Positions 51,212 to 60,137 of a stretch of 64,000 nucleotides of DNA are shown in pieces. The DNA is from Chloroflexota bacterium. GTDB taxonomy: Bacteria; Chloroflexota; UBA11872; VXOZ01. Each line of letters opens with the position of its first letter. The first letter of the stretch is position 1. The notes beneath the pieces were generated by a model. It was not told the origin of the DNA. It worked only from the letters and a program-made list of their open reading frames with translations, and did not search any database. The stretch covers positions 768,001 through 832,000 of the forward strand of contig OZ219802.1 of the NCBI GenBank assembly GCA_964291655.2, read 5' to 3'. Position numbers and translations under genes: made by a program.

Positions 51212-52162
51212 ATGGTTAATGGCGACATCAAGATATTCTCGGGTATGGCCAACAATCCATTGGCAGCCGAGATGGCCGACCTGCTCGGGACGGGTCTCGG
51301 TGAGGTCAACATTCAAGAGGCTCCGGACTCTGAGACGCTGGTAATGGTGAACGAAAGTGTGCGCGGCTGCGACGTATACGTCGTGCAACCAACCTCGGCG
51401 CCCGTGAATGACAACTTGATGCAACTCTTGCTCATTGTTGACGCGCTGCGCCGCGCTTCCGCCAAGCGCATAACCGCGGTGATACCCTACTTTGGCTATT
51501 CCCGCCAGGAACGGATGGCCCACGGGCGCGAGCCGATCAGCGCCAAGGTGGTGGCGGACATGCTCCAATCCGTTGGCGTGAACCGCATCATCCTCACCGA
51601 CATCCATGCACCTGCGATGCAGGGCTTCTTCAATATCCCGTTCGAAACCCTCTCGGCTGTACCCCTGATCATCGACTATTTGAAGCAACAAGACCTTTCG
51701 GATTCCGTCATTGTCGCGCCGGACGTCGGCCGCGCCAAGCTTGCCGAGCAGTACGCGGAACGCTTGGGGGTGCCCCTAGCCCTAATCCACAAGGCTCGCG
51801 AATCCGCCACCACGTCGCGGATCGTCGGCATGATAGGCGACCTAAAGGGTAAGTCGCCTATAATCATCGATGACATCATCACCACGGGCGGTACCATCGT
51901 CGAGACCGCCCACGCCGTCATCAACGCCGGCGCCAGACCTCGGTTGCGCTTGGCGGCAGTACACGGTCTGCTTGCCGGCACTGCTCCGGACCGGCTGAAT
52001 CTCGACTTCATCCAAGAGGTGATCCTCACCGATACTGTGCACATTCCGTCAGATAAGATTACGCCCAATATGACTATCCTCTCGGTGGCACAACTCTTCG
52101 CCGAAGCCATACACCGCGTGCACAATGAGACCTCGGTGAGCGGACTCTACCTCCTCACGTAA
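51212..52162 (+). CDS. prs: Ribose-phosphate pyrophosphokinase
   Basis: VIPYFGYSRQ, DIHA...QGFF, APDVG, IIDDIITTGGT. Confidence 0.95.
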   Translation: MVNGDIKIFSGMANNPLAAEMADLLGTGLGEVNIQEAPDSETLVMVNESVRGCDVYVVQPTSAPVNDNLMQLLLIVDALRRASAKRITAVIPYFGYSRQERMAHGREPISAKVVADMLQSVGVNRIILTDIHAPAMQGFFNIPFETLSAVPLIIDYLKQQDLSDSVIVAPDVGRAKLAEQYAERLGVPLALIHKARESATTSRIVGMIGDLKGKSPIIIDDIITTGGTIVETAHAVINAGARPRLRLAAVHGLLAGTAPDRLNLDFIQEVILTDTVHIPSDKITPNMTILSVAQLFAEAIHRVHNETSVSGLYLLT

Positions 52163-52323
52163 AGCCACCCACTGGCGTATCCGAGAGCGCAGATACGCAA
52201 ACTGCCAGACTGACTTTGGCAAAACCGTCCCAATTGTAGGCGCGGTTACAAAAAAACGTCTCTACTTTCGTTATACTGGGCATGGATAGGGGAGTAGTGC
52301 GTTGCGTGGTAAGGGCTTATCCT

Positions 52324-53079
52324 ATGCTTGTTGACGTTGGCATTGCATTTGGCGCCGGCATTCTCTCATTTTTATCGCCCTGTTTTCTCCCCCTGGTACC
52401 GGCATATCTTGTCTATCTCGGTGGCCGCCACGTCAACGCGGTCCGCCACGAAAAGTCTGCCCAACGGGCCGTCCTCATCAACGCGCTGGCCTTTATACTG
52501 GGCTTCGGCACCATCTTCGTCGCCCTCGGCATTGCTATCACGTTTGTTGGCCTTGCCTTTCAGCAAGGTCTTCCCACGATGCGGCTTGTCGGTGGCGCGC
52601 TTCTCGTCATCTTTGGGCTTAGCTTTCTGGGATTCCTGCGTATTCCGTGGCTCCAGCAGATTTTGCAACGGGAAGTCTCGCTCCGCAATACACCGCTGGG
52701 CCGCATAGACACGGAGAAAACCGGTCCGATCACATCTTTCCTGATCGGCCTGGTCTTTGGCACCGGCTGGACGCCGTGCGTGGGGCCGATTCTGGGCGCC
52801 ATTTTGCTCCAGGCATCCGGCGCTGACACGGTGGCCCGCGGCGGAATCTTGCTGGCAATCTACGCATTGGGAATGGGCATCCCGTTTCTCGCGATGGCCG
52901 CCGCCGTGGAGCGCGCTGCATCCCTCATGAACTGGCTCAAGTCCCACATGCTCGTAGTTGAGCGCACAAGCGGAGTCTTCTTGATCTTGATGGGAATTGC
53001 TGTGGCAACGAATTTCCTGGCGATGCTGTCTGGAGTTCTCGGCTTTTTCTCATTAGAAATCTTGGCATTTGAGCGTTAG
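52324..53079 (+). CDS. ccdA: CcdA/DsbD-type transmembrane electron transporter
   Basis: SFLSPCFLPLVPAY and WTPCVGPILG with both redox Cys; multiple TM helices. Confidence 0.92.
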   Translation: MLVDVGIAFGAGILSFLSPCFLPLVPAYLVYLGGRHVNAVRHEKSAQRAVLINALAFILGFGTIFVALGIAITFVGLAFQQGLPTMRLVGGALLVIFGLSFLGFLRIPWLQQILQREVSLRNTPLGRIDTEKTGPITSFLIGLVFGTGWTPCVGPILGAILLQASGADTVARGGILLAIYALGMGIPFLAMAAAVERAASLMNWLKSHMLVVERTSGVFLILMGIAVATNFLAMLSGVLGFFSLEILAFER

Positions 53080-53318
53080 CATGAGTGATGGCGACAGGAA
53101 GATTGTTACACTCGATCCTTGGGGCTCGCCTTATGCTTCGAAGTGCGAGCACGGGTTGCGGCAAAGCATCCGATCCAACGCCGTCGCCGCAGCTCATGGC
53201 AGCGCCGAAAACGAAGGCCGTCTCGCGATGACGGCGAGTTGAAGCAGGCAGATTCCCAAGCATTTCGGTTTTTGCGGGGATAGTATTCGGGGATAGTACC
53301 AGCAAAGGGAGGAGACCT

Positions 53319-53984
53319 ATGCGACGACGTTCTGTATGCGCATTGCTGTTCAGCGGCGCGTCCGTAGCCGCGCTCGCGGCGTGCGGCGGCGGCTCAACGC
53401 TGCTCGATACGCAAGAGGAGCCCGCGCCGGCGAAGGAAGAGGCCAAGGCCGAGCCGACCGCTGCTCCGAAGGAAGCTGAGGCAACGGCTGAGCCCGAAGC
53501 GAAGGCGGAGCCTGAGCCGACGGCAGCGCCCGAACTCGACCTGCCCAACCTTGGCAAGGCGCCGGAGATTACGCTCACGCAATGGCTCAATTCCGATGCC
53601 ATTACGTTGTCCAGCTTGGAAGGCAAGGCCTCTGCCTTGATTGTCTTCTGGACCTACACCTGACCGGTGTGCCGCGGCGAAATCCCCAGTTGGGTGGATA
53701 TCCAGAACACGCTCGTTGACGACAGTTTCAAGCTCATCAGCATCCACTTCCCGGCCTTGGGCGCATCCACGGACGTGAGCGTCATTGCCGAGAAGTCCGC
53801 GGAGCTCAATGTCAATTTCCCGGTCGCAATCGATAATGACCTGTCAGCCTGGAACGACTACGGCAACAATGCCTGGCCGGTTGCCTACGCAGTCGATAAG
53901 CAAGGTGACATTCGCTTCAAGCAGGTTGGCGCCGGTATCGACTCAATCCTTGAAGTGATTGAAAAGATGAAGGCTGCGGGCTAG
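53319..53984 (+). CDS. Probable selenocysteine-containing TlpA/ResA-like redoxin lipoprotein (UxxC), copy A
   Basis: ORFs 53319..53663 and 53667..53984 are in frame across TGA 53661-53663, giving FWTYT-U-PVC-RGEIP; RR signal, LAAC lipobox, thioredoxin-fold tail (FPVAID, WP, VDKQG.IR). Confidence 0.88.
53682..53699 (+). promoter_or_regulatory. Putative bacterial SECIS hairpin, copy A
   Basis: ATCCCC-AGTTG-GG(T)GGAT stem with a bulged U and a G in the apical loop, 18 nt after TGA. Confidence 0.7.
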
Positions 53985-54020
53985 CGTACCTGCTGATTCT
54001 TAGACATCGGTCGAAACAAG

Positions 54021-54065
54021 CAAGCCGTCTGCGGTGTGCTCATCACACCGCAGACGGCTTGTTTT
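54021..54065 (+). terminator. Intrinsic terminator after redoxin A
   Basis: 18-bp perfect stem CAAGCCGTCTGCGGTGTG/CACACCGCAGACGGCTTG followed by TTTT. Confidence 0.8.
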
Positions 54066-54174
54066 AAGTGTGCGGCAAGCCCACATGCCGAATTCTTGCC
54101 GCTGCCTCTTAAAAGCAGTGACCTGCGCCTGCAATGTGCGTCCTCGAACGACCGAGGAGCTTCTGCTTCAATAG

Positions 54175-54214
54175 ATACAGTACCCAGTGTTCATGTGAAC
54201 ACTGGGTACTGTAT
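54175..54214. repeat. 40-bp near-perfect palindrome (terminator or protein-binding site)
   Basis: ATACAGTACCCAGTGTTCA-tg-TGAACACTGGGTACTGTAT. Confidence 0.7.
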
Positions 54215-54272
54215 TCGTGTCTCTGCGACAGCTTTGCCGGAATCTAGAACAAGCGGATAGCGACACTGCCGC

Positions 54273-54944
54273 TTAGCCCAACTCCTTGAGTTGCTTCACG
54301 GCATCAACCACCAGTTCGAAGTTGCCGCCGCCGAACTTTGCAAAGCGTATATTGCCCTGCCGATCAATGCCGTAGAATGCCGGCCACGTGCGGGTGCCAT
54401 AGGCGTTCCAAAGCACCTCATCGTTGTCGACAACCACCGGATAGTTGACGCCGAGGGCGTCGGCCCGCTCCTTAATGCCGCTGATGTCTCGGGAAGAACC
54501 GGCGTGCGGAAAGTGCACGGAGATCAGCTTGAAGCGGTCATCGTGGTAGGTATTGAAGAGATCCACCAAACTGGGGATTTCGCTGCGGCAGACCGGTCAG
54601 GTGTACGTCCAAAACACAATCATGGCAGCGGCCTTGCCTTCCAAACTTGCCATGGTGATGGGCTCGGAGTTGAACCAGCCGGTGAGCGTAATTTCCGGCG
54701 CCTTGCCAAGATTGGGCATATCGAGCGTGGGTGCTGCGGTGGCGGCCGGCTGTGCCTCCGTTTTGCTATCAGCCTTTGCTTCTTCTTGCGCCGGAGCGGC
54801 TGTTGGCTGCGCCGCGGAATCTTGCGCAGAGCTTGCGGGTGCCTCGTCCTCGGTATCCAGCAATGAAGACCCACCGCCACATGCTGCGAGCGCGGCTGCG
54901 GACGTGCTGCTTAACAGTAGAGAGCAAACTGAACGTCGTCGCAT
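54273..54944 (-). CDS. Probable selenocysteine-containing TlpA/ResA-like redoxin lipoprotein (UxxC), copy B
   Basis: In-frame TGA at 54597-54599 gives FWTYT-U-PVC-RSEIP; start ATG 54944 (MRRRSVC...LAACGGG) with AAGGTGAGG RBS; paralogous to copy A. Confidence 0.88.
54561..54578 (-). promoter_or_regulatory. Putative bacterial SECIS hairpin, copy B
   Basis: ATCCCC-AGTTT-GG(T)GGAT, 18 nt after TGA; differs from copy A only at one loop base. Confidence 0.7.
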
Positions 54945-55198
54945 GCCTATCCTCACCTTTCTCTTTCGTGTAGGTTTGCTGCCGCAATTCCTCGACGCAC
55001 CTCGTACCGGAAAACTGCTCTGCCGGCACAATCGCGCTTGGCGTTGCGACTATCGCTCTTCGCTTACTTCTATCCTAAACGAGTACAAGATGGAACTTCC
55101 ACCCCCACTCCCCCCCTACACCTTGACGACAAACAATTGCGAATTACCTGTGATAGTCTTGTCCAAATAGCAAGCGTAGCGTCCAGGAGTCCCGCACA

Positions 55199-56497
55199 AT
55201 GGACAACACCACTCTCCCCCAACCGGAACCGACGCCCGGCAATACCGCCTGGTGGACCCATGACCGCTTCGGCCTCTTCATCCACTGGGGCATCTATGCT
55301 ATGGCCGCGCGCCACGAATGGGTGAAGAAATACGAGCAGATCAGCGACGCGGACTACCAGCCCTATTTCGACCACTTCGACCCCGATCTCTACGATCCCA
55401 AGGCCTGGGCGCGAACCGCGCGAGAGGCCGGCATGCGCTACGTCGTCCTTACCAGTAAGCACCACGACGGCTTCTGCCTGTGGGACAGCCAACTCACCGA
55501 CTACAAGGCTACAAACACCCCCGCCGGTCGTGACCTCCTGAAGCCGTACGTCGAGGCCTTCCGCGCCGAGGGACTCAAGGTCGGCTTCTACTATTCGCTG
55601 ATCGACTGGCACCATCCCGAATTTCCCGTGGACGGCGTGCATCCCCAGGCGAACGATCTTGCCTTTCGAGAGGCGACCAAAGACCGCGACGTGCGCAAGT
55701 ACGCGAAATACCTCCACGGCCAAGTGCGCGAGATCCTTACGATGTTCGGCACCATCGAACTCCTCTGGCTCGACTTCTCTTATTCACAGCAAGACTACGG
55801 CTGGAGCAAGGGAAAGGGCAAAGACGACTGGCAGAGCGAGGAACTCATCCGCATGGTGCGGGAGATTAATCCCGACATCATCATCAACAACCGCAGCGAA
55901 ATCGAGCAAGACTTCCATACGCCGGAGCAATTCATCCCGCCGAGCTGGCTGCACGTGGACGGCAAGCCCGTCAACTGGGAAGCCTGCCAGACCCTCAACG
56001 GCTCCTGGGGTTACCACCGCGACAACCTGGACTGGAAGTCGCCGCAACTGCTGGTGGAGATGCTTATCGATTGCGTTTCCAAGGGCGGCAACATGCTTAT
56101 GAACGTCGGCCCTACCGGCCGCGGTGAGTTCGATCCGCGCGCGCAGGCGACGCTGGCGGAAATTGGCGCGTGGATGCGACAGCACGGGCGCGCGATCTAC
56201 GGCTGCACGCAAGCGCCGTTCACGCCGCCACGGGACTGCCGCTATACGTACAATCCCAAAACGAACCGGCTGTACCTGCACGTCTTTGCCTGGCCGCTCA
56301 AGTACCTGCACCTGCCGGGGCTGCGCAACCGCGTGCGCTACGCCCAACTCCTGAACGACGGCTCCGAGGTCAAGACCTTCGACTTCACCCAGCACCACCG
56401 CTACCCCAGCGGGGGCGAAGACCTGCTTACGTTGGAATTGCCCATCCAGAAGCCGAGCGTGCATACGCCGGTAGTTGAACTTTTCCTAGCTGATTGA
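55199..56497 (+). CDS. Alpha-L-fucosidase (GH29)
   Basis: RFGLFIHWG, TSKHHDGFCLW, YYSLIDWHHP, WLD, INNR, SWGY, GGN...NVGP. Confidence 0.95.
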   Translation: MDNTTLPQPEPTPGNTAWWTHDRFGLFIHWGIYAMAARHEWVKKYEQISDADYQPYFDHFDPDLYDPKAWARTAREAGMRYVVLTSKHHDGFCLWDSQLTDYKATNTPAGRDLLKPYVEAFRAEGLKVGFYYSLIDWHHPEFPVDGVHPQANDLAFREATKDRDVRKYAKYLHGQVREILTMFGTIELLWLDFSYSQQDYGWSKGKGKDDWQSEELIRMVREINPDIIINNRSEIEQDFHTPEQFIPPSWLHVDGKPVNWEACQTLNGSWGYHRDNLDWKSPQLLVEMLIDCVSKGGNMLMNVGPTGRGEFDPRAQATLAEIGAWMRQHGRAIYGCTQAPFTPPRDCRYTYNPKTNRLYLHVFAWPLKYLHLPGLRNRVRYAQLLNDGSEVKTFDFTQHHRYPSGGEDLLTLELPIQKPSVHTPVVELFLAD

Positions 56498-56808
56498 TAG
56501 ACTATGCGCATCGGCAGTCTAAGCATCTTGACGTGAACAGTGTGCCCTTGCCGGCGCCGGATTTTAGTCGCGTTAAGAGCTGCGGCACAGGGGGGCTCCC
56601 CCCCCCCCCGACTGTTGTCAATGCGTTGCGCGGGGGCTAGTCCCCCCGCTCCGTGGCACTGTTGGCACCGTGTAGCGCGGGGGGCTTGTCCCCCGCTCCG
56701 TGGTGCAAAGCGCGGCACATATTCACGCAAGGTGCCTAGTGTCCAGTCAAGTGCCGATAGTGTATGGTTCGACATAGTTTGCGCACTGCGCAAGAAGGGG
56801 GTTCCAAT

Positions 56809-58221
56809 ATGGACGCTCGGAATATAGCCGTATGCGGTCTACGTCGCCGCGACCTTTTGCAGTATTCAGTCATTTCCGCGGGAGCGATCGGACTCGCCGC
56901 CTGCGGCACGGTGACCACTGCTCCCGCTTCAGCGCCGGAACAAGCCGCCGAAGCAGAGGAGCCAGCAAAGGCCGAGGAAGCGCCCAAAGAGGCGGAACCG
57001 GTCACCATCCAGTACTACACGGCGCTCAACGACCGCCAGCAGGAGCTCTATCCCACGATGGTCGTGGATGAGTTTCAAGCCGCGTTCCCCGGCATTCAGG
57101 TCGAGACGGTCCTACGCGAGGGGCCCTTTTACGACAAGCTCCACGCGCTCGTTGCCGCCGGTGAGCCGCCGGACACTTCATGGTTTTCCTATCCTGAGGC
57201 GTACTTGCGCGGCGTCTTCACCCACGTAACCGATTATGTAAAGCGAGACAACTACGATATCAGCGTCTTTCCCGCAGGCGCCATGAAGACCCTCGCCATG
57301 TGGCAGGGCGACGTGCTCGGTCTGCCCAACCAGTCGGGCGGCTCATGGCCGGTGATGCCGTATAACAAGGAAATTCTGGCCAGTGAAGGCATCAGCGATC
57401 CACCACTCACGTGGACGGATGATAGCTGGAACGCCGAAGCCTGGCTGGAAGCCTTGCAGAAGGTCGCGAAGTGGGAAGGCGACAACCCCACGCGCTTTGG
57501 CATCAACGGCATTGGCGCGGGCGTGATGGTCTACTGGGGCCCCATGTGGGCCGGCAGTTGGGTGAGTGAAGACCTCAAGTCGGTCACGTGCGATAGCGAG
57601 GAGATGATCGCCGGCATCCAGTACATTACGGATCTCGTGGCGCGCTATCGCGTCATGGACAAGCCCGGCCAACTCAATGAGGTCTTCGGCACCGGCAACG
57701 CCCGCGACCTCTTCTTCGACGGCAAGCTGGCCTTCTTCCGCACCTCAGGCGGCCAGACCTTTGCCGTGGCCGAGGCCGTGAAGGACGGCAAGCCCTACGG
57801 ATTCGCGCCCATTCCCAAATTTGGCATTGTCGGTTCGGGTCAAGCCGTCGACCCCAACGGCATCATTAACGGCGCCAAGCACCCCGACGAGGGCTGGGAA
57901 TTCATCAAGTGGCAAGCCGATACGCCCAACTGGGCGATTACGCGCGGCAATGCGCCTTCACGCCAAGACCACTTCGATGCCTGGGGCGAGGCGGTGTACG
58001 GCGGTTTTGCGGAGGAAGCTCGGGTTGAAGTGTACCGCGAATCCCTGGCGCACGCGGTTACCATCGATCCCGTCTTCTCCTTGCCCAACTGGCGTATCCC
58101 CATCTGGCGGGATATGGTCGGCCCGGCCATGACCAAGCTCTACAACGGCGAAGGCGACGTGAAGGAGACCTTGGAACAGCTCAAGGTCCAGATCGAAGGC
58201 GAGATGCCGGAGGTCGAGTAG
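56809..58221 (+). CDS. Carbohydrate ABC substrate-binding lipoprotein (Tat), paralog 1
   Basis: RRRDLL, LAAC, Ala/Glu/Pro linker, AAGEPPD, KHPDEGWEF. Confidence 0.88.
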   Translation: MDARNIAVCGLRRRDLLQYSVISAGAIGLAACGTVTTAPASAPEQAAEAEEPAKAEEAPKEAEPVTIQYYTALNDRQQELYPTMVVDEFQAAFPGIQVETVLREGPFYDKLHALVAAGEPPDTSWFSYPEAYLRGVFTHVTDYVKRDNYDISVFPAGAMKTLAMWQGDVLGLPNQSGGSWPVMPYNKEILASEGISDPPLTWTDDSWNAEAWLEALQKVAKWEGDNPTRFGINGIGAGVMVYWGPMWAGSWVSEDLKSVTCDSEEMIAGIQYITDLVARYRVMDKPGQLNEVFGTGNARDLFFDGKLAFFRTSGGQTFAVAEAVKDGKPYGFAPIPKFGIVGSGQAVDPNGIINGAKHPDEGWEFIKWQADTPNWAITRGNAPSRQDHFDAWGEAVYGGFAEEARVEVYRESLAHAVTIDPVFSLPNWRIPIWRDMVGPAMTKLYNGEGDVKETLEQLKVQIEGEMPEVE

Positions 58222-58566
58222 CTACGTATTCGCACTTGCCAGACCTAGCTGCCGGCAAATGAATCGCAGACTAGTGGTCCAACACGATTGTATTGATGGG
58301 TGGCGTAGTCCCTTCGACAAGCTCAGGACACGTTTGTAACCAGTGCTACTGGCGCTCCTACCCATCAATACAAAAGTGTCGAACCTCTAGCTAAGACGGC
58401 AAATCCGTCAAACACATAGGAGCGTCGCTGAGGATAGGGATGCGCTTGCATCCCTATCCCAGCACCGAAAACTGCCAGTCTTGACTGAGAAAGGAGGCAT
58501 GCAAAGCAAGAGCGACGGCTGCAAGAAGAGCGTTGTCTGATTCTTGACTCTTGGAGGTTAGATGTC

Positions 58567-59979
58567 ATGACGAAACGCAATCTCCAACACGCCACACTAT
58601 TGCGCCGCGACCTGCTCAGGGGTTTCGGCGGCCTCGGCGCCGCCGGAATCCTCGCCGCTTGCGGCACTGTCGCAACGGCCCCGGCCGCGCAGCCGGAACA
58701 AGCCGCCGAAGAAGAAGCCCCCGCTAAGACCGAAGAAGCGCCAGCGCCGGCGGAACGCGTGACGGTTAGTCACTACGTGGCCCTCAATGCGCGACATCTC
58801 GAACTCTATCCCACCCTCATCGAAGAACCCTTCGAGAATGACCATCCAAACATCGACCTCGAGACCATCCTCAGAGAAGGGCCATACTACGATAAATTCA
58901 ACACTCTGGTGGCTGCCGGTGAGCCGCCTGACGTGCTCTGGCTCTCACAGACCGAAGTCTTCAACCAAGGCCATACCATTGACGTAGGGCCGCTGATCAA
59001 GCGCGACAACTATGATCTCAGCATCTACCCGCAGCAACTCTTCCGCGACGGCGTCATGTACGAGGAAAACGTCTTGGGTCTGCCGAACCAATCGGGCGGC
59101 AACTGGCCGGTGATGCCGTACAACAAAGAAATCCTGGCAAACGCGGGTGTTTCTGATCCGCCGGTGGAATGGGGCGACCCAAGCTGGAACGCGGAGACGT
59201 TCTTGGAAGCCCTGGTGAAGACCACCCAGCGCGAGGGCGAGAATCCGCTCCACTTCGGCATCGGCAACATCGGCCGCGGCGTGATTGCGGCGAACTGGGG
59301 GCCGTTCTGGGGCGCCCGCTGGGTCGCGGAAGACTTCAAGACCGTGGTCTGTGATTCGCCTGAGATGATCGACGCCATCCGTTACCTCACCGATCTGTCG
59401 TCAAAGCACCGCGTGATGCCTGTGCCAGGCGAACTCAACGACACCTTCGGCACCGGCAACACCCGCAATAACTTCCTCAACGGCAAACTCGCGTTCTTGC
59501 AGACCTCCGGCGGCGGCACGTTTGCCATCGCCCAAGGCGTGCAGGAAGGCAAGCCGTTTGCCTATGCGCCGCTGCCTACGTTCATGCACGCCGCCTCGGC
59601 GCAGGCGCTCGACTCCAACGGCCTGATTGGCGCGAGCAAGGTGCAGGACGAGGGCTGGGAACTCATCAAGTGGCATGCCACGCATCCCAACTGGGCCATC
59701 GGCCGCGGCAATGCGCCGGCGCGTCTCGATCACTTTGAAGTGTGGGCCCGCGAACTCTACGGCGGCGACGTGGCCGAGAAGATTCGCGTAGAAGCCTATG
59801 CCAACTCGCTGGCAAACGCGAGCCGATACGACGGCTTGCGGGTGCTGCCCAACTGGCGTAATCCCATCTTCGATCAGATCATCACACCCGCTCTGGACGC
59901 GCTCTATCGCGGCCAAGGCGACGTGGTGGAGACGATGAACGCCTTGCGGCAGCAGATTCAGGCTGAGATTCCCGAGTAG
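58567..59979 (+). CDS. Carbohydrate ABC substrate-binding lipoprotein (Tat), paralog 2
   Basis: RRDLL, LAAC; long blocks shared with paralog 1 (VLGLPNQSGGxWPVMPYNKEILA). Confidence 0.88.
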   Translation: MTKRNLQHATLLRRDLLRGFGGLGAAGILAACGTVATAPAAQPEQAAEEEAPAKTEEAPAPAERVTVSHYVALNARHLELYPTLIEEPFENDHPNIDLETILREGPYYDKFNTLVAAGEPPDVLWLSQTEVFNQGHTIDVGPLIKRDNYDLSIYPQQLFRDGVMYEENVLGLPNQSGGNWPVMPYNKEILANAGVSDPPVEWGDPSWNAETFLEALVKTTQREGENPLHFGIGNIGRGVIAANWGPFWGARWVAEDFKTVVCDSPEMIDAIRYLTDLSSKHRVMPVPGELNDTFGTGNTRNNFLNGKLAFLQTSGGGTFAIAQGVQEGKPFAYAPLPTFMHAASAQALDSNGLIGASKVQDEGWELIKWHATHPNWAIGRGNAPARLDHFEVWARELYGGDVAEKIRVEAYANSLANASRYDGLRVLPNWRNPIFDQIITPALDALYRGQGDVVETMNALRQQIQAEIPE

Positions 59980-60137
59980 CCTAGCTGTCCGATGTGTCGA
60001 CATTCGTGGCGACTGACGCATCTGCTCTTCTAGAGAGCGGGGAGCATCGCCGCAGGCGACCGACAGTAGTTCGTTTGCTAAGAGAATAGGAGGGGTACGG
60101 GGTGCCGTGCCCCTCCGTCGTAGAAAGGCGGCGCCGC

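Noticed and set aside
53319-54944. Two pseudogenes or four small ORFs
   Set aside because: The same TGA at the catalytic Cys position in both diverged paralogs, intact frames and a conserved downstream hairpin favour Sec recoding
56590-56610. Poly-C tract as a phase-variation switch
   Set aside because: Intergenic, part of a degenerate GGGGG...CCCCC REP palindrome, and homopolymer length may be a sequencing error
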